Of a stretch of DNA of 34,435 bases, positions 1 to 6,831 are shown piece by piece. Every line of letters starts with the position of its first letter. The first letter of the stretch is position 1. This stretch comes from Rhodobacterales bacterium (lineage in GTDB: Bacteria; Pseudomonadota; Alphaproteobacteria; Rhodospirillales; JACKKN01). Both the position numbers and the translations under genes were made by a program. The notes beneath the pieces are model-generated. The model saw only the letters and a list, made by a program, of their open reading frames with translations. It ran no database searches and was not told where the DNA came from. Where the stretch lies: positions 1 through 34,435 of the forward strand of contig JAGREA010000296.1 in NCBI GenBank assembly GCA_020446745.1, read 5' to 3'.

Positions 1-99
1 CGCTGCGCGAAGCAGAAAGGATTGCGCGCGAAGCGCGCCTCTTTTTCTTCTCTGTGGCTTCTCTGTGAACCTCTGTGTTCTCTGTGTTTCACCTTTTTT
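1..99. repeat. Partial (right-half) copy of a CACAGAG/CTCTGTG-rich nested palindromic intergenic element, cut by the window edge
   Basis: Positions 1-95 align almost base for base with 2620-2712 (cgctgcgcgaagcagaa.ggattgcgcgcg.agcgcgcctc...ttctctgtg...ctctgtg...). The copy ends in a T-run at 94-99. Confidence 0.7.
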
Positions 100-155
100 G
101 GGGAAAGCCGCGCACCGCCATCTACCGCCCATGGGCCCCCGCCTTCGCGGGGGCG

Positions 156-207
156 ACGGGTGGGGATGCGGGGACAACGGGTGGGGATAGCGGCGACGGG
201 TGGGAAT
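156..207. repeat. Three direct copies of ACGGGTGGG(G/A)AT in a G-run-rich tract
   Basis: Copies lie at 156-167, 177-188 and 196-207, spaced 21 and 19 bp. G3-G5 runs surround them on the + strand. Confidence 0.5.
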
Positions 208-266
208 GCGCGGGCCAGCCCGCATGGGTGGCGGCACCGGGCCTTCCATGGGCCCCTTCCGGACCA

Positions 267-1181
267 TCAGGCGGCGGATGCCAGGGCCTTGGTCCCGCCG
301 CCCGGCCGTTGCAGCACCACCACGGCCACCAGGATCAGCACCAGGCCCGGATAGACCAGCAGCGGCGGCGGAGCGTCGCCCAGGGCCAGGCCGATGGCCA
401 GCACCAGCACCGGGTTCAGGTAGCCATAGGCCACCACCCGGGTGGGACCGATCAGCGCGGCGCAGGCCTGGAACAGGAAGAAGGTGATCAGGGTGGTGAA
501 CACGGCCAGGTAGGCGATGCCGCCGAACACGGCGCCGGGCACGGCCGCCCAATCCACGCCCCCCAGGCGCGGCGCGGCCAGCAGCAGCAGCCAGCCGGCC
601 CCCGTGGCCAGGGTCCAGAAGGTCATGCGGGCCATGGGCTCGCCCCGGTGCAGGGCCTTCACCAGGGCCCCGTAGGTGCCCATGGCCAGGGTGGCGCCCA
701 GGAAGATCAGGTCGCCCCGCCCCAGGGACAGGGCCGCCAGCGCCCCCAGGTCGCCCCGGAAGATCACCCACACGGCGCCGGCCATGCCCACGGGCAGGGC
801 GATGCGCTGGGCCGGCGTCAGGCGTTCGCCCAGCAGCAGGGCCGAGACCCCGGCGGTGACGGCCGGTGTCAGGGTGTAGAGGGTCGCCGTGTTCAGGGCC
901 GAGGTCTCGCGCAGGGCGGCGAACATGCCCCAGAAGAAGGCCACCAGGAAGGCGCTGAGCAGGCCGTACCGTCCCAGGGCCCGCCAGCCCGGCCAGGGCA
1001 GGCCCCAGCGCCAGGCCACCAGGGGCGCGAACAGCAGGGCCGCCAGGGTGAAGCGCAGGAAGGTGAGCACCAGGCTGTCCAGGCCGCCGGTGATGGCCGC
1101 GCCCACGGGGAACGAGGTGGCAACCAGGGTGGTGGCCAGCAGCATCAGCAGATGGGCCCGGTGGCGTTGGATGAAGACCAT
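267..1181 (-). CDS. DMT (EamA/RhaT-like) family transporter
   Basis: 304-aa polytopic hydrophobic protein with about 10 helices and the duplicated EamA-like architecture. High GC3 frame. Lies 15 nt downstream of the nitroreductase stop. Confidence 0.8.
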   Translation of the reverse strand: MVFIQRHRAHLLMLLATTLVATSFPVGAAITGGLDSLVLTFLRFTLAALLFAPLVAWRWGLPWPGWRALGRYGLLSAFLVAFFWGMFAALRETSALNTATLYTLTPAVTAGVSALLLGERLTPAQRIALPVGMAGAVWVIFRGDLGALAALSLGRGDLIFLGATLAMGTYGALVKALHRGEPMARMTFWTLATGAGWLLLLAAPRLGGVDWAAVPGAVFGGIAYLAVFTTLITFFLFQACAALIGPTRVVAYGYLNPVLVLAIGLALGDAPPPLLVYPGLVLILVAVVVLQRPGGGTKALASAA

Positions 1182-1196
1182 GGTCCGGCTCTCCCG

Positions 1197-1823
1197 TCAG
1201 GCCCCCGCCGCCGGGAAGGCGCCGGCAAAGGCGATGGCGTCCAGGGGCAGGCGGTCGCTGGGGACCTCCCGGGCCCGCAGGGTCTCGGGCAGCACGACCG
1301 GGTCGGCGGCCCGGCCCAGGGCCACGGCGATGGGGATGTGGAAGCGTTCGGGCACCCCCAGGGCGGCGCGGATGGCATCGCGTTCGATGCCCGCCATGGC
1401 GTGGGCCTGGTAGCCCAGGGCCGTGGCCTGCAGGGCCATCTGGGCCCAGGCGGCACCGGCGTCGAAGGCGTGGGTGGAAGACGGCCGGTCGGGCCGCGTG
1501 CCGTCGCCGGACACCAGGGTGTCGGACAGCACCACCACCAGGGCCGCCGCCCGGTGCGCCCAGCCGCCGTTGAACGGGTCCAGCAGGCCCACGAAGGTGT
1601 CCCAGGCCGGATCGTCCCGGTGGGCGTGGACGAACCGCCAGGGTTGGATGTTGAAGGCGGACGGCGCCCAGCGGGCGGCCTCAAGGATCGTCAGCAGGTG
1701 GGCCCGGGGCATGGGCGCGCCGTCGAAGGCCCGGGGCGACCAGCGGTTCAGGAACAGGGGGTCGACGGGGTGGCCGGCAACCCGGCCCGTGGCGGCGGTG
1801 GCCGCCGGCGAGGACGGAATCAT
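1197..1823 (-). CDS. Nitroreductase family protein
   Basis: 208 aa. N-terminal motif LNRWSPRAF...AARWAPSAFNIQPWRF is typical of NAD(P)H-flavin nitroreductases. Confidence 0.8.
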   Translation of the reverse strand: MIPSSPAATAATGRVAGHPVDPLFLNRWSPRAFDGAPMPRAHLLTILEAARWAPSAFNIQPWRFVHAHRDDPAWDTFVGLLDPFNGGWAHRAAALVVVLSDTLVSGDGTRPDRPSSTHAFDAGAAWAQMALQATALGYQAHAMAGIERDAIRAALGVPERFHIPIAVALGRAADPVVLPETLRAREVPSDRLPLDAIAFAGAFPAAGA

Positions 1824-1877
1824 GGCGGGATCTCCTTTACTTCACGCCCATACCCCTCTATTTTGTGCGGGATATTC

Positions 1878-1915
1878 CGACGTGAATTAATTTGATATCG
1901 AATAAGTTGACGTCG
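1878..1915. promoter_or_regulatory. Imperfect 38-bp palindrome centred on GATATC; candidate MarR operator in a divergent promoter region
   Basis: CGACGTGAA (1878-1886) pairs with TTGACGTCG (1907-1915), 8/9 complementary. It sits in an AT-rich island between the divergent nitroreductase (start 1823) and marR (start 1939). Confidence 0.35.
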
Positions 1916-1938
1916 AAACACATAGGAGGCCGACGGCC

Positions 1939-2454
1939 ATGAGTCAAGAAAATCCCGCGCCGGGGCGTGAAGGCGGCCCCCTGGGCGCGAACATGGACGG
2001 CATTCTGGACCAGTGGCGGCGCGTGCGGCCAGACATCGACCCCACGCCCATGGCCGTGTGCGGCGACGTGTGGCGGGCCGCCGAGGTGTTGCGCCAGGGG
2101 GTGCTGGCCAACATCTCGGATCACGGCCTGGACTTTCCCGCCTTCGACGTGCTGATGACCCTGCGCCGCCAGGGGCGCGGCGCGGCCCTGTCACCCACGG
2201 CCCTGGCGCGCGAGATGATGCTGTCCACCTCGGCCATGACCAACCGCCTGGACCGGTTGGAGAGGCGCGGCCTGATCCGCCGCCTGAGCGACCCCGAGGA
2301 CCGGCGCGGCCTGAAGGTGGAGTTGACCGAGGGCGGCTTCGCCCTGATCGACGGCCTGGTGGCGTCCCACGTGGCGACGGAGGACCGCCTGCTGACCGCC
2401 CTGTCCCCGGACGAGCGCGCCACCCTGCGCGCCCTGCTGTCGCGCATCACCTGA
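1939..2454 (+). CDS. MarR family transcriptional regulator
   Basis: 171 aa. Winged-helix region ...LSPTALAREMMLSTSAMTNRLDRLERRGLIRRLSDPEDRRGLKVELT.... AGGAGG Shine-Dalgarno upstream of the ATG. Confidence 0.9.
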   Translation: MSQENPAPGREGGPLGANMDGILDQWRRVRPDIDPTPMAVCGDVWRAAEVLRQGVLANISDHGLDFPAFDVLMTLRRQGRGAALSPTALAREMMLSTSAMTNRLDRLERRGLIRRLSDPEDRRGLKVELTEGGFALIDGLVASHVATEDRLLTALSPDERATLRALLSRIT

Positions 2455-2493
2455 GATCCGCGCGGAAGGGGGCCAATTGATAAAGGAAAGTTG

Positions 2494-2783
2494 AACCACA
2501 GAGGCACAGAGAGGGTGTGCCGAAGGCAAGATTTCGCGTCTCATGTGACGGTGTGCCAATGGTCCCGGCGTTAAGGGGACACAGAGAGCACAGAGAAGGC
2601 ACAGAGGTCACAGAGGCTTCGCTGCGCGAAGCAGAAGGGATTGCGCGCGCAGCGCGCCTCATTCTTTCTCTGTGCTCTCTGTGCCTTCTCTGTGTTCTCT
2701 GTGTCTACTGAACATCCTTCAACATTCGCACATCGTCGCCAGCGAGAGTCCGGCCTCCTCTGTGCCTCTGTGCCTCTGTGGTT
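2494..2783. repeat. Nested palindromic REP/MITE-like element built from CACAGAG / CTCTGTG units
   Basis: A perfect 18-bp outer inverted repeat AACCACAGAGGCACAGAG (2494-2511) pairs with 2766-2783. An inner imperfect palindrome spans 2579-2703 and has two central GC hairpins (2616-2632 and 2643-2657). A T-run follows at 2792-2797. The element lies between convergent marR and lysR. Confidence 0.75.
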
Positions 2784-2826
2784 TCCTTCCCTTTTTTCAA
2801 GATTCAGCATGGGCCTGCGGCGTTCT

Positions 2827-3693
2827 CTACCCCGCCGCCGCCCAGGCCACCTCGGCGGCGGCCAGGTCGCGCAGGGAGGCCAGGGCCGCGTCGAAGGGGT
2901 CGGCCGGGGCTTCCGAGGGGAACACCATGTAGGCCGGCAGGGCGAAATCCGGGGCGCCGCGCACCGCCGTCAGGCGGCCGTCGCGCAGGTAGGGGCGGAT
3001 CAGGCGCACCGGGAAATAGCCCGAACCCCCGTTCTCCAGGATGTGCTGCAGGCCCAGCCAGCCGATGTTGGCCGTCAACCCCGGGCCCGGGAAATCGGGG
3101 AAGCGCACGCCGTGCTTGGCGAAGAATTCCGGCCCCCAGTCGATGTGCACATAGCCCGGCCCCGGTTCCGGCCGGGCGTCGGGGTCGGTGGCCGCCATGA
3201 CCAGCCGTTCCTCGAACAGCGGCTCCACGGTCAGCCCCGGGCGGCTCTGCGGCGTGTACATGACGCCGATGTCCACCCGCCCTTCCACCAGGCCCAGCAT
3301 CAGGTCGCCCTCGAACCCGATCTCGGCCCGCACCGACACGTCGGGCACCTGCTCGCGCATCAGGCTCAGCCAGCGCAGCAGGTAGCGCTCCCACAGGCCG
3401 AACCGCCCGCCCACCACCAGCGAGGCCCGGAACCCCCGGGCGATGCCCACGTCGCTGCGGGCCTGTTCCACCGTGCGCACCAGGGTGCTGGCGTGGCGCT
3501 GGAACTGGCGGCCCGCCGGGGTCAGCACCGCGCCGGCCTTGTTGCGCACGAACAGGCGGCAGCGCAGCTGGGTCTCCAGGGCGTGGATGCGGGCGCTGAC
3601 GGTGGACTGGGTGACGTGCAGGCGCTCGGCGGCGCCGATGAAGTTGCCCGCGGCGACCACCATCAGGAAGGTGCGGGCCAGTTCGGTGTCCAT
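2827..3693 (-). CDS. LysR family transcriptional regulator
   Basis: 288 aa. N-terminal HTH MDTELARTFLMVVAAGNFIGAAERLHVTQSTVSARIHALE, followed by a substrate-binding domain. Confidence 0.9.
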   Translation of the reverse strand: MDTELARTFLMVVAAGNFIGAAERLHVTQSTVSARIHALETQLRCRLFVRNKAGAVLTPAGRQFQRHASTLVRTVEQARSDVGIARGFRASLVVGGRFGLWERYLLRWLSLMREQVPDVSVRAEIGFEGDLMLGLVEGRVDIGVMYTPQSRPGLTVEPLFEERLVMAATDPDARPEPGPGYVHIDWGPEFFAKHGVRFPDFPGPGLTANIGWLGLQHILENGGSGYFPVRLIRPYLRDGRLTAVRGAPDFALPAYMVFPSEAPADPFDAALASLRDLAAAEVAWAAAG

Positions 3694-3725
3694 GGCGGTT
3701 CCATCGGCGGGAGGAATGAGCAGAT

Positions 3726-3750
3726 TTAATATCGTTGATGCCGATATTAA
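3726..3750. promoter_or_regulatory. LTTR-box-like operator (ATC-N9-GAT inside a perfect 9-bp inverted repeat)
   Basis: TTAATATCG-ttgatgc-CGATATTAA. It lies 33-57 bp upstream of the lysR start, in the divergent region shared with the DsrC-like gene. Confidence 0.55.
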
Positions 3751-3872
3751 TCGCCAAATCTTTTTGTTTGTTAGATAGTTTCGCCGCCACTAGGGTTTTC
3801 CCGAGCCCTGAACAACGAACCGGCGGCCGCCCTTCGGGGGAAGCGCCGCCCCGCGAAACGGGAAACGCATCC

Positions 3873-4196
3873 ATGACCCCCACGCTGTTGCCGGACGTGC
3901 CGGTGAACGAGGAAGGCTACCTGATCGAGCCGGACCACTGGTCGGAAGAGGTGGCCCGCCGCCTGGCCGCCCAGGAGAGCATCCGCCTGACCGACCGGCA
4001 CTGGGCCGTGATCCGCTTCATGCGCGCCTGGTACGCGGAACACGGCGTCGCCCCCAGCCCCCGCGACATCGGCGTGTTCCTGAAGCGCAACAACTGGCCG
4101 CGCAGCGAGATCACCGCCCTGTTCCCCTATGGCTACGTGCAGCAGGCCTGCAAGATCGCCGGCATGAAGCGGCCGCGATCGTGGAGCACGGGCTGA
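3873..4196 (+). CDS. TusE/DsrC/DsvC family protein lacking the penultimate C-terminal cysteine
   Basis: 107 aa counted from the ATG at 3873. The sequence EGYLIEPDHWSEEVA...HWAVIRFMRAWY...LFPYGYVQQACKIAGMKRPRSWSTG matches the family. The usual ...GLPKP.(G/K)C(V/I) tail is replaced. Confidence 0.8.
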   Translation: MTPTLLPDVPVNEEGYLIEPDHWSEEVARRLAAQESIRLTDRHWAVIRFMRAWYAEHGVAPSPRDIGVFLKRNNWPRSEITALFPYGYVQQACKIAGMKRPRSWSTG

Positions 4197-4219
4197 CCGG
4201 TTAACCCCCTCCTGCCGCG

Positions 4220-4624
4220 TCAGACCCGGGCCTGGGCCGCCCGCCAGGCCGGCAGGGCGGCCGCCAGCCGCCGCGCCCCGGCTTCGGTCAGCCACACGGC
4301 GCGGCGGCGCAGGTCCGTCTCCACCAGGGCGATTTCCACCAGCCCGGCCTTTTCCAGGCCCCGCAGGGTGCGCGACAGGGTGGAGGGATCCAGGTCCAGC
4401 CCCGCCGCCAGGGCGCCGATGGTGTCGTCCGGCGCCGTGGCCACCCGGGCCAGCAGACCGGCCTGGGCCAGGGTCAGGCCGCTGTCCTTCAGGGCCGCGT
4501 CCAGGGCGCGGGTGGCCCGCCGGGCCGCCTGGCGCAAGGCCAGGGCCGGGCAGGATTCCAGGGCCGCGCGGGCGTCGGTCACCAGGGTGCGCGGGGCGGG
4601 GGGATCTTGCGGGGTTCGAGTCAT
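4220..4624 (-). CDS. MarR family transcriptional regulator
   Basis: 134 aa counted from the internal ATG at 4624. Contains ...IGALAAGLDLDPSTLSRTLRGLEKAGLVEIALVETDLRRRAVWLTEAG.... The longer ORF extension to 5116 is antisense to the next gene. Confidence 0.8.
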   Translation of the reverse strand: MTRTPQDPPAPRTLVTDARAALESCPALALRQAARRATRALDAALKDSGLTLAQAGLLARVATAPDDTIGALAAGLDLDPSTLSRTLRGLEKAGLVEIALVETDLRRRAVWLTEAGARRLAAALPAWRAAQARV

Positions 4625-4659
4625 TCCATGTATATACAATAAATGTAGATACATGGAAT
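4623..4659. promoter_or_regulatory. Perfect 11-bp inverted repeat; candidate MarR operator
   Basis: ATTCCATGTAT (4623-4633) pairs with ATACATGGAAT (4649-4659) across a 15-bp AT-rich spacer. It lies between the divergent marR and cysteine-synthase-like genes and overlaps the marR start codon. Confidence 0.5.
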
Positions 4660-4670
4660 AGAGGAAAGGC

Positions 4671-5630
4671 ATGCCCGGCCCCGTCGATCCCGCCCCCATC
4701 GCGTCCGGCATATTGGACCGCATCGGCCGCACGCCGATGGTCGAGCTGGCCCGTCTTCGCCCCGCCGGTTGCGCGCGCCTGCTGCTGAAGCTGGAAAGCG
4801 ACAACCCCACGGGCAGCATGAAGGACCGCATGGCCCTGGCCATGGTGGACGGCGGGCGGCGGCGCGGCCGCCTGGCCCCCGGCGGGCGGGTGGTGGAATA
4901 CACGGGCGGCAGCACGGGGGTGTCCCTGGCCCTGGTCTGCGCCGCCCGGGGCCATCCCCTGAGCATCGTCACCTCCGACGCCTTCAGCCTGGAGAAGCGC
5001 CGCCACATGGCCGCCCTGGGGGCCGAGGTGACCCTGGTGCCCAGCGCCAACGGCGGCATGGACGCCGCCCTGACCCGGGCCATGATCGCCGCCGCCGACC
5101 GCATCGCCGCCGACACGGGGGCCTATTGGACCGATCAGCTGAACAACGCCGATCCCCTGCCCGCCTACCACGCCCTGGCCGACGAGATCTGGGCCCAGAC
5201 CGGCGGCGCCGTGACGGCCTTCGTGCAGTCGGTGGGCACGGCGGCGTCGGTGCGGGGCGTGGCCGAGGGCCTGCGCCGCCACCGGCCGGACATCCACGTG
5301 GCCGCCGTGGAGCCCGCCGAATCGGCGGTGCTGTCGGGCGGGCCTTCCGGCGTGCACAGGATCGAGGGGGCGGGCGCCGGCTTCGTGGTGCCCCTGTGGG
5401 ACCCGGCGGTGGTGGACGAGATCGTCCCCGTATCCACGGCCGAGGCCATGGCCATGGCCCGCCGCCTGGCCCGCGAAGAAGCGTTGTTCGCCGGCACCTC
5501 CACCGGCGCCAACCTGGTGGCCGCCCTGGCCCTGGGTGAGCGCCTGGGCCCGGACGCCACGGTGGTCACCCTGATGTGCGACACGGGGATGAAGTACCTG
5601 AGCACGCCGTTGTACGGCGGGTCGGGCTAG
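4671..5630 (+). CDS. PLP-dependent cysteine synthase family protein (CysK/CysM-like)
   Basis: 319 aa. PLP-lysine motif ESDNPTGSMKDR, GGSTG loop, GAGAGFVVP and TSTGANL motifs. GAGGAAAGG Shine-Dalgarno. Confidence 0.8.
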   Translation: MPGPVDPAPIASGILDRIGRTPMVELARLRPAGCARLLLKLESDNPTGSMKDRMALAMVDGGRRRGRLAPGGRVVEYTGGSTGVSLALVCAARGHPLSIVTSDAFSLEKRRHMAALGAEVTLVPSANGGMDAALTRAMIAAADRIAADTGAYWTDQLNNADPLPAYHALADEIWAQTGGAVTAFVQSVGTAASVRGVAEGLRRHRPDIHVAAVEPAESAVLSGGPSGVHRIEGAGAGFVVPLWDPAVVDEIVPVSTAEAMAMARRLAREEALFAGTSTGANLVAALALGERLGPDATVVTLMCDTGMKYLSTPLYGGSG

Positions 5631-5657
5631 GCAAGAGCGGTCCAAGCGCAACCAGCC

Positions 5658-5751
5658 CTTCGAGACGGCCCTGCGGGCCTCCTCAGGGCGAGGGGTTGGA
5701 TGAACCAGACTCCACCCTCATGCTGAGGTGCGAGCGCAGCGAGCCTCGAAG
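5658..5751. repeat. Structured REP-like intergenic element, copy A
   Basis: CTTCGAG...GGCCCTGCGGGCC...CCTCCTCAG...CTGAGGTGCGAGC.CAGCGAGCCTCGAAG with internal and terminal inverted repeats. It lies between convergent gene ends. The homologous copy is at 10089-10184. Confidence 0.65.
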
Positions 5752-5784
5752 CATCGGTGCCGCCCGCCCGGTATCGGCCGACCG

Positions 5785-6831
5785 TTAACGGTCCCGCACC
5801 TCGCTTTCCAGGAAGTAGAGGGTCTGGGTGCCGAAGCCCTTGATGTCGAACTCGCCGCGCTCGGTGAAGGTGAAGTCGTGCTCGATCAGGTCGCGGGTGG
5901 ACTGGCACAGGGTGATGCGCATGGGTTCCGACAGGCTTTCCATGCGCGCCGCCATGTTCACCCCGGGGCCGAACAGGTCGTAGACGTACTTCTGGATGCC
6001 CACCAGCGAGCCGATCACCGGCCCCGTGTGGATGCCGATGCGGCACCGCCACTGCTGCGGATGGGCGGCGTTGCGCCGTTCCAGGTAGCGCCGCATGCGC
6101 AGCGCCACCTTGGCGATGTTGTTGGCGTGCTCGGGCACCGCTTCCGGCAGGCCCGACACGGCCATGTAGGAATCGCCGATGGTGCGCAGGCGCTCGCAGC
6201 CAAACAGTTCGACGATGCGGTCGAAGGCCGAAAAGATGTCGTTCAGCTCGGCCACCATGGCGCTGGGGTCCTGGGACACGGTCATTTCCGTGAACCGCAC
6301 GAAATCCAGCATCAGGATCGAGGCGTTGTCGAACCGCTGCGGCGTGGTGGTGCCGTAGTCCTTCAGTTCCTCGTAGACCGACTTGGGCATGATGTTCAGC
6401 AGCAGGCGTTCCACCCGCTGCTTTTCCCGCTCCAGGTCCTTGCGGGCCTTTTCCGACATCTTGGAATAGGTATCCAGCATGTACTGGGCCTCGTGTTCCT
6501 TCGAGGCGTCGTGGAACTCGAACAGGATGCGGTCCGTGCCCTCCACGTCCAGGCGGCGCAGTTCGATGCGCAGCGGGATCTTGCGGGCCCCGGCCTGGAT
6601 CTCGATTTCCGCCCGGGCCTTGCTGCGGTCCTTCAGGCGGCCCAGCAGGCGGTCCATGTCCAGGCCCGGCACCCGCTGGGTCAGGGCCTCGTCCAGGTCG
6701 TCGCCGGGCGGGAACCACTGGAAGAACAGGGCGTTCTCGAACACCACGGCCAGGGTGTCGGGGTCCACCAGCGCCACGCCGATGGTCATGGTCTGAAGGA
6801 TCGCCTTCAGTTCAGCGGAATCGGTCATCAC
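5785..6831 (-). CDS. PAS-domain class III adenylate/guanylate cyclase
   Basis: 348 aa. N-terminal PAS-like region of about 110 aa, a coiled-coil linker, and a cyclase homology domain (ILMLDFVRFT, RTIGDSYMAVSG, YDLFGPGVNMAARMES). The start is GTG at 6831 or ATG at 6828. Confidence 0.85.
   Translation of the reverse strand: MMTDSAELKAILQTMTIGVALVDPDTLAVVFENALFFQWFPPGDDLDEALTQRVPGLDMDRLLGRLKDRSKARAEIEIQAGARKIPLRIELRRLDVEGTDRILFEFHDASKEHEAQYMLDTYSKMSEKARKDLEREKQRVERLLLNIMPKSVYEELKDYGTTTPQRFDNASILMLDFVRFTEMTVSQDPSAMVAELNDIFSAFDRIVELFGCERLRTIGDSYMAVSGLPEAVPEHANNIAKVALRMRRYLERRNAAHPQQWRCRIGIHTGPVIGSLVGIQKYVYDLFGPGVNMAARMESLSEPMRITLCQSTRDLIEHDFTFTERGEFDIKGFGTQTLYFLESEVRDR

Noticed and set aside
75-1895. 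606-aa + strand ORF spanning the first 1.9 kb
   Set aside because: The translation is low-complexity G/A/R/P/Q/H-rich with no motifs. It is antisense to two ORFs with clear family signatures (DMT transporter, nitroreductase). This is a typical shadow ORF of a high-GC genome.
2579-2703. Possible CRISPR array, because of the many short CACAGAG repeats
   Set aside because: The units are only 7-11 bp with no unique spacers of 25-40 bp. The two halves are reverse complements of each other (a palindrome). There are no cas genes in the window.
3771-5651. 626-aa - strand ORF covering the DsrC-like, MarR and cysteine-synthase region
   Set aside because: The sequence is Arg/Gly/Pro/Ala/His-rich and featureless. 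It overlaps three ORFs with recognisable domains on their own frames.
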